A DNA stretch of 23,538 nt from a bacterium (lineage in GTDB: Bacteria > JADJOY01): assembly GCA_046331705.1 (NCBI GenBank), contig JAXLQJ010000032.1:62001-85538 (forward strand), read 5' to 3'. Below are positions 8,391-17,594 of this stretch, piece after piece. The notes beneath the pieces were generated by a model that was not told where the DNA came from, searched no databases, and saw nothing but the letters and a program-made list of their open reading frames with translations. The position numbers and the translations under genes were made by a program. The number at the start of each line of letters is the position of its first letter. Within the stretch, counting starts at the first letter, position 1.

Positions 8391-10001
8391 ATGGTCGACC
8401 TCGACAACATCGTGGCTCTGCTCGACGACCCCGCCACCGAGCGTCGGGTCGCCGCAGCCATCGTCCTCGGGGCGCTCAAGCCCAAGAGCGCTGCCGTGGT
8501 CGAGGGGCTCCTCGGGCTGCTGGAGACCGGCGAGCCGGCGCTGATCCGTCACGGGCTCGATGCGCTCGCGGCCCTCGGCGCACGCAAGGCCGCGCCCGCC
8601 ATCGTGGGGTTCCTCTCCTCGCGCGACGTCGAGATCCGCGACGCGGCAGAGCGCGCGCTGGTCGCGATCGGCGAATCGGTGGTTCCGCTGATCCGCGAAC
8701 GCATGGAGAAGGCGGCGCCCGAGGAGCAACGCGCGCTCAACCACGTGCTCGCGGAGCTGGGTGGCGCGGAAGCGTTCTCGACGCTCTTGAGCGGCATTCT
8801 CGCCTCCGAGGGAGATCCGCAGGCGGCGCTGGCGGCGCGCCAGCAGGTGCGCTCGGCGGACGCCTCCTTGCGCAAGAAGTACCTGGCGCAAACGGAGCGC
8901 TTCCTGGCCGAGCAACGCAAGGGCGGCGAGCATCCCGGCGCGGTCGCCGCGGCGATCAAGGTGCTGGGCTTCCTCGAGGACCCCAAGGCGGTGCCGACGC
9001 TGCTCGCCCACGCGCAAGCCGCCGACCAGCCTCCCGCCGTGCGCAAGGAAGCCATCATCGCGTTGCGCTTCGCGCTGCAGAACGGGCGCTCGCCGTCGGC
9101 CGAGGTGGTGAACGCGCTGGTCGGCGCGGCGCTCGCCGAGGACCGCTCGCTCGCGCAGACCGCGCTGCTCACGCTGGGCGGGCTGGATCTCGACGCCCAG
9201 CAATCCCAGCGCATCCAGAAGCTGGCCGAGCATCCGGATTTCGAGCGCGCGCGGCTCGCCATCGAGCACCTGGGACGTCAGCGCGACACCCACGCGGCAC
9301 GGGTGCTGGCCAACGTGGTCGAGCACGCCGACCGACGGCGCGCCGAGCTTGCCGTGCAGACCCTGGCGAGCAAGGCGGAAGGCGCGGAGCCGCTCGCGAA
9401 AGCGCTCATCGCCACCGCCGATGCCGAGCGCGCGCGCTTCATCGCGAAGGCCTTGGCACCGCACCTGCGCACGCTCGCGCCCGCGCTCAAGAAGCAGTTG
9501 CGCGCCCAGGGTCTCGCGCGGCTCGGCGCCGGCGAGGGTGGCGCCGAGGCCTTGCTCGACGCGGCGCGCATGGCCGACCCCGGTGCTTGGGTCGACGAGC
9601 TGCGCGCGCTGGCCGCCAAGCAGCGCAAGGCCGCGAAGCTCGAGGAGGCGCTGCGCACCCTCGGGGTGCTGTGCCGAAGCGATCAGGCGACCGACGAGGA
9701 TCGCTACCACCGCGCGGCGCTCGAGCTCAAGCGCGCGCGCCACGATCGCGCGACCGGGGCGCGCGCCCACGACCCTTCCCTCTCGACGCTCGGCCAGCTC
9801 CTGACCCGCGGCTTCGACGTGGGCGCGGCGCTTCGCAAGGACAAGTCGATCGGGCTCGAGGAGCTCTACTACGTCGGCTTCCACTTCGCCGAGCGGGGGC
9901 AACCGCTCGGGATCGAGCTTCTCGAGGCCGTGGTCGCGAAGGCCGGTCGCGCCAAGCTCGGCAAGATGGCCAAGAACAAGTTGGCGTTGATCGCGGACTG
10001 A
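8391..10001 (+). CDS. HEAT-repeat (alpha-solenoid) protein (536 aa)
   Basis: Repeated HEAT-like units such as LLDDPATERRVAAAIVLG, LSSRDVEIRDAAERALVAIG, LGFLEDPKAVPTLL and AVRKEAIIAL. Strong GC3 codon bias. No catalytic motif recognised. Confidence 0.8.
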   Translation: MVDLDNIVALLDDPATERRVAAAIVLGALKPKSAAVVEGLLGLLETGEPALIRHGLDALAALGARKAAPAIVGFLSSRDVEIRDAAERALVAIGESVVPLIRERMEKAAPEEQRALNHVLAELGGAEAFSTLLSGILASEGDPQAALAARQQVRSADASLRKKYLAQTERFLAEQRKGGEHPGAVAAAIKVLGFLEDPKAVPTLLAHAQAADQPPAVRKEAIIALRFALQNGRSPSAEVVNALVGAALAEDRSLAQTALLTLGGLDLDAQQSQRIQKLAEHPDFERARLAIEHLGRQRDTHAARVLANVVEHADRRRAELAVQTLASKAEGAEPLAKALIATADAERARFIAKALAPHLRTLAPALKKQLRAQGLARLGAGEGGAEALLDAARMADPGAWVDELRALAAKQRKAAKLEEALRTLGVLCRSDQATDEDRYHRAALELKRARHDRATGARAHDPSLSTLGQLLTRGFDVGAALRKDKSIGLEELYYVGFHFAERGQPLGIELLEAVVAKAGRAKLGKMAKNKLALIAD

Positions 10002-10191
10002 ACGACGGATCGGAAGTCGTGCGAGCCATGGGGCACGCTCGGGCGAGCGGCGCAGCGCGCGAAAGCCGGGCTCGGAACCTCTCGGGGCCGAGCCGCGGCG
10101 CGTCGCCCGAGGCTCGCTCCCCGAGTCACGGCGCTCGGCGGCCGTTGCCGCGCGCGTCGACGTGCTCGCGCCGGTTTCCACCGGATCGCCC

Positions 10192-13100
10192 ATGAAGCTC
10201 TCGCAGAAGACCCTGCTCGCGATCGGGCTGCCGCTGGTCTTCTTGGTGATGCTGCTCTTCGCGCTCTCGCGCCAGACCCTCCTCGAGAGCTACACCCAGT
10301 TCGAGATCCGCGACACCGAGCGCGACGTCGACCGCGCCGTGAACTCGATCCACGAGCACGTCGCCAAGATCCAGAGCCACCTCACCGACTGGGCGGCGTG
10401 GAGCGCCACCTACGAGTTCATGCAGAGCCGCGACCCGGCGTATCTGGAGGAGAACATCTCGGGGGGCCTCACCCTCGAGGACCTCGGCATCCACTGGATG
10501 GCGTACGTCGCGCCCTCGGGCGAGCTCGTCTACACGAGGGCGATCGATCCCGCGCGCGACTTGCCCGCGATCGTCGACTTCCCCGCGGGCGTGCTGCCCC
10601 ATCTGGCGCCAGGCCACACGCTGGTCGCGCACACCGCCGTCACCGACCAGGTGATGGGCTTTTTGCTCGTGCCCGAGGGCGTCCTGGCGGTGGCGTCACA
10701 GCCCATCCTCACCACCAGCCACGAGGGCCCGATCCGCGGCTCGCTGGTGTGGGGCCGATTCCTCACGGATCGCGACGTCATGGAGATCGCCGATCTCACC
10801 CACCTGCGCATCAGCGTCCGCCGCCACGGCGATCCCGCCATGCCGCCCGACATGCAGCGCGCGAGCGTCGAGCTCGGGGCGGCACCGGCGCGCGACGGCG
10901 GGCGAGTGACGGTGGTCCACGCGATGACCGACGAGACCGTCGCCGGCTACGCGCTGATCCCCGACATCGAGGGCAAGCCCGCGCTGGTGGTGCGCGTCGA
11001 CTCGCCGCGCACGCTGTTCCAGCAAGGCCGCGCGAGCATCCGCGCCTCGCTCGCGTGGCTGATCGCGTGCGGCGCGATCTTCGGCGTGGCCGTGGTGGCG
11101 GCGCTGCGAGGCCTGGTGCTGCTGCCCGTCACCCGCCTGGCGAGCGAGCTCGAGGCGATCGGCGCGGGCGGCGATCCGGGTCGGCGCGTGAACGTGGTCG
11201 GCCACGACGAGATCGCGCGGCTCGCCGTCTCGGCGAACCAGATGCTCGCCGATCTCGAGCGCAGCCAAGGCCAGATCCAACGGCGGGAGCGCTACTTCCA
11301 CGCGCTCATCGATCAGACCTCCGACGTCATCGCCGTGACCGGAGTCGATGCGCGCATTCGCTACGTGAACCAGGCGTCACGAACGATGTTCGGCTACGAG
11401 CCCGCCGAGCTCGAGGGGCGCAAGGCCTTCGATTTCGTGCACCCCGACGACAAGAAGGTCATCTGGGAGCTCTTCGCCCAGGGCATCCAGCCGGGCACCA
11501 CCGCGGCGCGCGACTTCCGCTTCCGTCACAAGGACGGCACCTGGCACTACGTCGAGGCCGCGGGGCGGCTCCTGCTCGACGACCCCGCGGTCGACGGCGT
11601 GATCGTCGCCATCCGTGACATCACCCGCCGCCGGCAGACGGAAGAGGAGCTGCGACAGGCGCGTGTGGCCGCCGAGTCGGCCAATCGTGCCAAGTCGGCG
11701 TTCCTGGCCAACATGAGTCACGAGCTGCGCACACCGCTCAACTCGATCATCGGCTTCTCGGAGCTACTCCAGGAGCAGACGTTCGGCCCGCTCGCGCCGA
11801 AGCAGCTGCGCTACGTCGGCAACGTCCTCGCCAGCGGCAAGCACCTGCTGCAGCTCATCAACGACATCCTCGATCTGTCGAAGATCGAGGCCGGTCACAT
11901 GAAGCTCGAGATCGGGACGCTCGACGTGGCCGCCGTGCTGGAGGACGTGCGCGCCATCGTCCACACCCTCGCCGCGAAGAAGAACGTCACGCTCGAGCTC
12001 GGCACCGGAGGGGCGATCCCCACGCTTCGCGCCGACTCGGCGAAGTTCCGGCAGGTGCTCTACAACCTGCTCTCCAACGCCATCAAGTTCACTCCCGAGG
12101 GCGGCGTGGTGCGCACCCACGTGCGGCTCGCCGGCGATGCGCGCGGCGCGCCGCCGCGCGCGGGCGCCGCGGCCGAGTTCGTGTGCATCGCCATCGCCGA
12201 CTCGGGGATCGGCATCCGCTCCGAGGACCGCGCGCGACTCTTCCGCGAGTTCGAGCAGCTCGACTCCGGCTATTCACGCCAGCAGCAGGGCACGGGGCTC
12301 GGGCTCGCGCTCTCCAAGCGTCTGGTCGAGATGCACGGCGGCGAGATCGGGTTCGAGAGCGAGGGCGAGGGCCGCGGCACCACGTTCTGGTTCACGCTAC
12401 CCATCGCCGGCCCGCGCGAAGCGCCGATACCGGCGCCGCGGCGCGCCGACGAGCCCAAGACCACGCAGATCGTCGGGCCCCATTCGCCGCTGGTGCTGGT
12501 GGTCGAGGACGACCTCACCTCGGCGGCGCTGCTCAAGGAATGCTTCACCATCGCTGGCTATCGGGTCATCCACGCGGCCGACGGTGCCACCGCGCTCGCG
12601 CTCGCGGCGGAGAAGCAGCCCCGCGCGATCACCCTCGACATCATGTTGCCGGGGATGGACGGCTGGACGGTCCTCAAGGCGCTGAAGAGCAAGCCCGAGA
12701 CGGAGTCGATTCCGGTCATCATCGTCTCCTCCACCGAGGACCACGAGCTCGGCTTCACGCTGGGCGCCACCGATTGCCTGGTGAAGCCCACCGACCACCG
12801 GCGCATCCTCGAGATCCTGCGCAACGTGACCGGCGTCGACCGCGGCGAGGATCGCGCCGTGCTCGTCATCGACGACGACCCCGCGCTGCGCTCGCTGCTC
12901 GAGGACACCCTGGGTGCCCAGGGCTACCGCGTCACCTCCGCTCCCGACGGCGAGCGCGGCATGGAGCTCGCCGCCCGCTGGCAGCCGGACGTGATCGTGC
13001 TCGACCTGATGATGCCCGGGCTCACCGGCTTCGACGTCGTGACCCGCTTGCGCGAGCGCAGCGACTCGCGCGATCTTCCGATCATCATCTACACCGTGAA

Positions 13101-13224
13101 GGATCTCACTCCCGAGGAGCGCACGCGCCTCATGAGCCAGGTGCAGGCGATCGCCACGAAAGGGAGGCCCGCGGACCTCGTGGATGTGCTACGCCGACTG
13201 GGGCTCGGGGTGGCGCGAGCGTAG
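10192..13224 (+). CDS. Membrane hybrid histidine kinase: TM - CHASE4 - TM - HAMP - PAS - HisKA - HATPase - REC - REC (1010 aa)
   Basis: N-terminal TM, CHASE4-like DWAAWSATYEF...YLEEN, second TM and HAMP (PVTRLA...DEIARLAVSANQML). Kinase motifs are AKSAFLANMSHELRTPLN, NLLSNAIKFT, DSGIGI and GTGLGL. Two RECs follow (LDIMLP...KP; LDLMMP). Start placed at ATG 10192 rather than GTG 10162. Confidence 0.93.
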   Translation: MKLSQKTLLAIGLPLVFLVMLLFALSRQTLLESYTQFEIRDTERDVDRAVNSIHEHVAKIQSHLTDWAAWSATYEFMQSRDPAYLEENISGGLTLEDLGIHWMAYVAPSGELVYTRAIDPARDLPAIVDFPAGVLPHLAPGHTLVAHTAVTDQVMGFLLVPEGVLAVASQPILTTSHEGPIRGSLVWGRFLTDRDVMEIADLTHLRISVRRHGDPAMPPDMQRASVELGAAPARDGGRVTVVHAMTDETVAGYALIPDIEGKPALVVRVDSPRTLFQQGRASIRASLAWLIACGAIFGVAVVAALRGLVLLPVTRLASELEAIGAGGDPGRRVNVVGHDEIARLAVSANQMLADLERSQGQIQRRERYFHALIDQTSDVIAVTGVDARIRYVNQASRTMFGYEPAELEGRKAFDFVHPDDKKVIWELFAQGIQPGTTAARDFRFRHKDGTWHYVEAAGRLLLDDPAVDGVIVAIRDITRRRQTEEELRQARVAAESANRAKSAFLANMSHELRTPLNSIIGFSELLQEQTFGPLAPKQLRYVGNVLASGKHLLQLINDILDLSKIEAGHMKLEIGTLDVAAVLEDVRAIVHTLAAKKNVTLELGTGGAIPTLRADSAKFRQVLYNLLSNAIKFTPEGGVVRTHVRLAGDARGAPPRAGAAAEFVCIAIADSGIGIRSEDRARLFREFEQLDSGYSRQQQGTGLGLALSKRLVEMHGGEIGFESEGEGRGTTFWFTLPIAGPREAPIPAPRRADEPKTTQIVGPHSPLVLVVEDDLTSAALLKECFTIAGYRVIHAADGATALALAAEKQPRAITLDIMLPGMDGWTVLKALKSKPETESIPVIIVSSTEDHELGFTLGATDCLVKPTDHRRILEILRNVTGVDRGEDRAVLVIDDDPALRSLLEDTLGAQGYRVTSAPDGERGMELAARWQPDVIVLDLMMPGLTGFDVVTRLRERSDSRDLPIIIYTVKDLTPEERTRLMSQVQAIATKGRPADLVDVLRRLGLGVARA

Positions 13225-13257
13225 GCGGCGGCAGGCGAGCCGCGACGAGGGATGCGC

Positions 13258-13641
13258 ATGGCGGGTGAGAAGGTCTTGCTGGTCGAGGATCAACCGCTGA
13301 ATCGCGAGCTGGCGACCGACCTGCTCGAGATCGCCGGCTTCACGGTCTGCCAGGCCGAGTCCGGAGAGCGGGCCATCCAGGTCGCGCGCGCCGAGTCCCC
13401 GGGCATCATCCTGATGGACATCTCCCTTCCCGGCATGGACGGGCTCGCCGCGACGCGCATCCTGCGCGCCGACCCCCGCTTCCGCAGCGTGCCGATCGTG
13501 GCGCTCACCGCGCACGCGATGAAGGGCGACGAGGACCGCGCGCTCAACGCGGGTTGCGACGGCTACATCACCAAGCCCATCGAGACGGCCTCGTTCGCCC
13601 AGCGGGTGACCGAGATCCTGGCGCGCGGTCGGCCGGCGTGA
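13258..13641 (+). CDS. Single-domain response regulator, DivK/CheY-like (127 aa)
   Basis: VLLVED...ILMDISLPGMDG...PIVALTAHAMKGDE...GCDGYITKPI, with all catalytic residues present. GAGGG spacing favours ATG 13258 over 13252. Confidence 0.93.
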   Translation: MAGEKVLLVEDQPLNRELATDLLEIAGFTVCQAESGERAIQVARAESPGIILMDISLPGMDGLAATRILRADPRFRSVPIVALTAHAMKGDEDRALNAGCDGYITKPIETASFAQRVTEILARGRPA

Positions 13642-14768
13642 CCGCTCCTGCCGACGCCACCCCTCACATCCCCAAGTCGCGGCTGCGGCCCTGGGTCCCG
13701 GGCCAGCCGTTCGACGCGGCGACCGAGAAGATCTTCCGCCGGCGCCGGATCGATCGCGCGCTGCCGGTGATCCGATTCGCCTGCGTGGGCGCGTGCATCA
13801 TCTTCGGGTCGTTCTTCCTGCGCGATCGCTATCTCGCCCCCGACCAGGAGCGCCTGACCCTCGCGATCCGCTCCGTCGCGTGCGTCTTCTACCTCGTCAT
13901 GATGCGGGTCGCGCGGGTCGAACGGCTGCGCGACCACATCCCGCTCTTCGTGCCGGTCGCGGCGGGCGCCGGATCGGTCTTCGTCTCGCTCTTGTGCGCG
14001 GCCTTGCCGAACGGTTTCGACATCGGCATCGGCGGGCCGCTGCTGGTGGTCATGGCGGCGCCCGCGGTCTCGCCGTCGGCGCCGGCGGCGATCCTCACGT
14101 GTCTCGTCGGCGTGCTCGTGCCGAACGTCGGCATGATGCTCAACCGCGACGGTTGGCTGACCATCTTCAGCACCAACCACTACCTCGTGATGGGCGCGGC
14201 GCTGTCGATGGGAATCGCGATCCTCGTCGAGCGCGACGCGCGGCGCGCGTTCCGTCGAGGCCTCGAGCTCGAGACCGCCGCCACCACCGACCCGCTCACC
14301 GGCGTGTTCAACCGCCGGCGCGTCCTCGAGCTCGCCGAGGCCGAGGTCGCGCGCGCCCGCCGTTACGGCCACGCGCTGTCGGTGGTGATGTTCGACCTCG
14401 ACCACTTCAAGCAGATCAACGATCGCCACGGCCATTGGGGCGGCGACCACGTGCTGCGCGCGTTCCCGATCCGGCTCGAGAAGCACCTGCGTCGCAACGA
14501 CACGCTGGGCCGGCTGGGGGGCGAGGAGTTCGTGATCGTGCTACCCGAGACGGATCGCACGGCAGCGGCGGCGGCCGCCGAACGGGTGCGGGCCGCGATC
14601 GCCGCGGAGTCGATCCCGATCGGCAGCTCGTCCGTGACGCTCACCTTGAGCGCGGGTTGCGCGGAGCTCGCGCCCGACGACGTCGCGTTCGAGCCTCTGC
14701 TGCGCCGCGCCGACGCCGCGCTCTACGCCGCCAAGCGCGCCGGCCGAAACCGCGTCGAGCTCGGCTGA
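13638..14768 (+). CDS. Integral-membrane diguanylate cyclase (about 5-6 TM helices plus GGDEF domain, 376 aa)
   Basis: Hydrophobic N-terminal half, then TDPLTGVFNRR, DLDHFKQINDRHGH..GD, I-site RRND, GGEEF and ADAALYAAKRAGRN. GTG start overlaps the upstream TGA (13638-13641). Confidence 0.9.
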   Translation: MTAPADATPHIPKSRLRPWVPGQPFDAATEKIFRRRRIDRALPVIRFACVGACIIFGSFFLRDRYLAPDQERLTLAIRSVACVFYLVMMRVARVERLRDHIPLFVPVAAGAGSVFVSLLCAALPNGFDIGIGGPLLVVMAAPAVSPSAPAAILTCLVGVLVPNVGMMLNRDGWLTIFSTNHYLVMGAALSMGIAILVERDARRAFRRGLELETAATTDPLTGVFNRRRVLELAEAEVARARRYGHALSVVMFDLDHFKQINDRHGHWGGDHVLRAFPIRLEKHLRRNDTLGRLGGEEFVIVLPETDRTAAAAAAERVRAAIAAESIPIGSSSVTLTLSAGCAELAPDDVAFEPLLRRADAALYAAKRAGRNRVELG

Positions 14769-14815
14769 TCGCGCGCGCGTGCCCGGCGCCCGGCGCGCGG
14801 CGCGGCGTGAAAGGC

Positions 14816-16249
14816 TCAGCGGACGACGAAGCCGGTCCGCTCGAGCAGACGGACGTGGAAATCCACCGCGCGCTCGAGCCCGGCCGCGGAGATCTTGTCC
14901 AGCGTGTCGTGATCGGTGTGGTAGTAGGGCGGCGCCTGGATCAGCGAGAACGTCGGCAGGCGATCGCACACGACCAGCAGGTCGCTGATGCACGCACGCG
15001 AGGTGGCGGGCGGAAGCGGCATCAAGCCCGACGCTGAGACCAGCTCCGGCAACGCGGCTTCGACGGCCGGCCAGGGCGCGGGGCCGAGGAACGCCTGGCG
15101 CTTGTCGTCGAACGTCGCCGGCCAGCCGGGGTCGGGGACCTCGTGACCGGCGACGGCATCGGTGTGCTCGATCAGCACGATGCCCGCGAGCGAAGCGAAG
15201 CGCGCCGAGTCGTGCGTCTGGAAAGCGCGCATGCCCGCGCCGCCGTCGTGATGGGCGGCGAGCCCCACCAGCACGAAGCTCGCGGTGCGCGCCCCCGCAC
15301 GCCGCGCCGCGTGGATCCGGCGGGCCAATCCCACCAGCGCCGCGAGCCCGCTGGCGTTGTCGTTGGCGCCGCTGAAGAAGCTGTCGAGGTGGCTCATGAC
15401 GGCGACGGTGGCGGGAAGCTCGCCCTCGATCCGCGCGACCACGTTGGCGGCCGGCCAATCGTCCCGCGCGCCCGCGACCGCCGAGCCGGTGAGCGTCGCG
15501 CCGCCGGCGGCCGCGATGAGCGCGCCGTCGTCGGCATCCACGCAAAACGCGGGGATGGGTCGGCGTCCGTCGGGGTATTGCGAGTCGGCGAGGGCGAACG
15601 CCTTGTCGACGGGGGCCGCCAGCCGCCAGACGCCTGGCGGGGTCGGCAGCGAGAACACGAACCCGCGCGCGCCCGCTCGAACCGCTCGCTCGTAGAGCTT
15701 GCCGTCGCGCACCGAGTTGAGCGCGGGCGTGCCCTTCATGGTGGCGGCGACGTAGACCCAGCTGCCGGCCGCGCGCTCCCAGTCGTCGTCGGTGTCGATC
15801 ACCGTCACGGGCGCGGCCACGACCTCCGGGGGAAAGAGCGCATCCACGGGCGCCGGCATCGCGCTCGCGAGCGGCGCCCGTCCGGCGATCGCCAGCGACC
15901 AGCGCTGGGGCCGAATCGCGCGCAGCGGGAAGTGTTCGATCACCACCCGATCGGCGAGCGGCGCGAGCGCGTCGGCGAGCAGCTGGCCCGCTTCGCTCTC
16001 GGCAGGCGAGCCGCCGAGCCGGCCCCACAGGCCCGCCGCCGAGCGCCCGCGTTCCGCGATCGCGACGAATCGGCCGGCAAGAGCGAGCAGATCGTCGGGG
16101 ATGCCTTCCGGCGTCGCGCGCGGGAGGATCGCCTCGCCCGCGTGCGGTCCGAATGGCAGGGTGCCGGTGCACGCCGTCGCTCCCAGCGCCGCGAGCGCGC
16201 CAAGGAAGGAACGTCGCGAGCGCGGCTTCAGACCGGCGCCCCCACCCAC
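14816..16249 (-). CDS. Tat-exported probable lipoprotein, M28 metallopeptidase fold with a PA-like insert (about 477 aa)
   Basis: Signal SRRSFLGALAALGATAC. M28 motifs NVVARIEG, SHLDS, GANDNASG and YHTDHDT. PA-like AVRAGARG...IPAFCV. Start uncertain: GTG 16249, or CTG 16231 overlapping the Rieske gene's stop. Confidence 0.8.
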   Translation of the reverse strand: MGGGAGLKPRSRRSFLGALAALGATACTGTLPFGPHAGEAILPRATPEGIPDDLLALAGRFVAIAERGRSAAGLWGRLGGSPAESEAGQLLADALAPLADRVVIEHFPLRAIRPQRWSLAIAGRAPLASAMPAPVDALFPPEVVAAPVTVIDTDDDWERAAGSWVYVAATMKGTPALNSVRDGKLYERAVRAGARGFVFSLPTPPGVWRLAAPVDKAFALADSQYPDGRRPIPAFCVDADDGALIAAAGGATLTGSAVAGARDDWPAANVVARIEGELPATVAVMSHLDSFFSGANDNASGLAALVGLARRIHAARRAGARTASFVLVGLAAHHDGGAGMRAFQTHDSARFASLAGIVLIEHTDAVAGHEVPDPGWPATFDDKRQAFLGPAPWPAVEAALPELVSASGLMPLPPATSRACISDLLVVCDRLPTFSLIQAPPYYHTDHDTLDKISAAGLERAVDFHVRLLERTGFVVR

Positions 16250-17349
16250 CGGCTCAGCGCACGCTGATGGTGGAGGATCGCGGACTCGTATTGGTGGAAG
16301 ACGTGCTCGGGGGTCCGTCCGCTGCGCACACCCTGCTGGAAGAGGTGCAGGATCTGGACGTCCTCGTGGAGGATGTAGCGCGACGCCAGCCAGGTCGCGT
16401 AGGCGCGCAGCCACTCGAGCCCGCGCGCGCCGCGGCGCTTGAAGAACACGTAGCGGAAGCGGCAGCGCTGCGCGTCGATCGGAAAGGTCTGGAAGATCGT
16501 CAGGTGATACGGCAGCACGTTCATCAAGGTGTTGGGGAAGATCAGGTACTTGTGGATGCACTCGTACTCCTTGTCGGAGTACGGCCCGCCGCGCGAGGTG
16601 TGGTGATCGAGCCAGCGGCGCCACTCGTAGGCAGCGATCGGCAAGGTCTGGCGCGTGTGATCACCGTAGGCGACCAGCTCGGGGCGCGTCGCGACGTGCT
16701 TGTCGATGGTGACGTGGTGCACGGTGGGCGCGTGGTAGTACTCGGTCGCGTTGTCGAGGACCGCCTTCCAGTTGACGGGCAGCTCCCAGGTCGCGTCCTG
16801 GATGGGCACCATCTCCTCGAGGCGATAGTGCGCGACCTCGCGGTCGATGCCGCCCAGCGACTCGGAAAGCGAGGGCGCGGCGGGGTCGAGGTTGATCCAG
16901 ACCTGGCCCGCGAAGGTCTCCGCGCGCACCGGCACCAGATCGAGCCGCGCGCGGTCGAGCGCCTTGAAACCCGCTCCCTCGGGAACCTCGCGCAGGCGAC
17001 CGTCGTGGCCGTAGATCCAGCCGTGGTACGCGCACTTCAGGTGCGCGGACTTGCCGGCGTCGCAGGCGAGTCGCGTGCCGCGATGCCGGCAGCTGTTGTG
17101 GAACGCGCGCACCACGCCCTGCTCGTCACGGGTGACGAGCAGCGATTCGCCGAGCTCGTCGAAGAGCGCGTGGCTACCGGGCTGGCGGATGCGGTGCTCG
17201 GAGCACGCGACGGTCCACGTGCGCCGGAACACGCGCTCGAGCTCGCGCTGCAGGAACTCGGGGTCGCGATAGCGCGAGGCGTCGGTGGTGCGCGCCGCCA
17301 CGCCTGCGCCTGGCGTGGGCTCGACGCTCACGGACGCGGCGGTCGACAT
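16228..17349 (-). CDS. Rieske non-heme iron oxygenase, ring-hydroxylating alpha-subunit family (373 aa)
   Basis: [2Fe-2S] ligands NSCRHRG and CAYHGW. Mononuclear iron region NWK..LDN..EYYH...VH and a distal ED. GGAG-like context is weak, but the ORF is intact with strong codon bias. Confidence 0.93.
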   Translation of the reverse strand: MSTAASVSVEPTPGAGVAARTTDASRYRDPEFLQRELERVFRRTWTVACSEHRIRQPGSHALFDELGESLLVTRDEQGVVRAFHNSCRHRGTRLACDAGKSAHLKCAYHGWIYGHDGRLREVPEGAGFKALDRARLDLVPVRAETFAGQVWINLDPAAPSLSESLGGIDREVAHYRLEEMVPIQDATWELPVNWKAVLDNATEYYHAPTVHHVTIDKHVATRPELVAYGDHTRQTLPIAAYEWRRWLDHHTSRGGPYSDKEYECIHKYLIFPNTLMNVLPYHLTIFQTFPIDAQRCRFRYVFFKRRGARGLEWLRAYATWLASRYILHEDVQILHLFQQGVRSGRTPEHVFHQYESAILHHQRALSRWVGAPV

Positions 17350-17364
17350 GTCGCGGAGACCGCT

Positions 17365-17571
17365 TCAGCCAGCACGTCGCTTGGCAGCAGCACGGTTGAC
17401 CTCACGAACCTTGTGAGACGCCACGCGCTCCACGTCCGCCGCCGTCAGCTCGATCCCGCGCAGCCGCGAGAACACCCGCGCCACGTAGCGCGACGAGATA
17501 CCGCGCTTGCCGAGCAGGATCATCGACACGACGTCGGCATCCGAGATGCGGGGCATGCCGTTCGGGCTCAT
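17365..17571 (-). CDS. Small basic hypothetical protein, possible helix-turn-helix (68 aa)
   Basis: ATG 17571 has GGAG 9 nt upstream. Third codon positions are mostly G/C. The ORF stops 15 nt before the Rieske start. Sequence ISDADVVSMILLGKRGISSRYVARVFSRLRGIELTAADVERV. Confidence 0.6.
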   Translation of the reverse strand: MSPNGMPRISDADVVSMILLGKRGISSRYVARVFSRLRGIELTAADVERVASHKVREVNRAAAKRRAG

Positions 17572-17594
17572 CCGTTCCGCTCCAGGGCGCGTCG

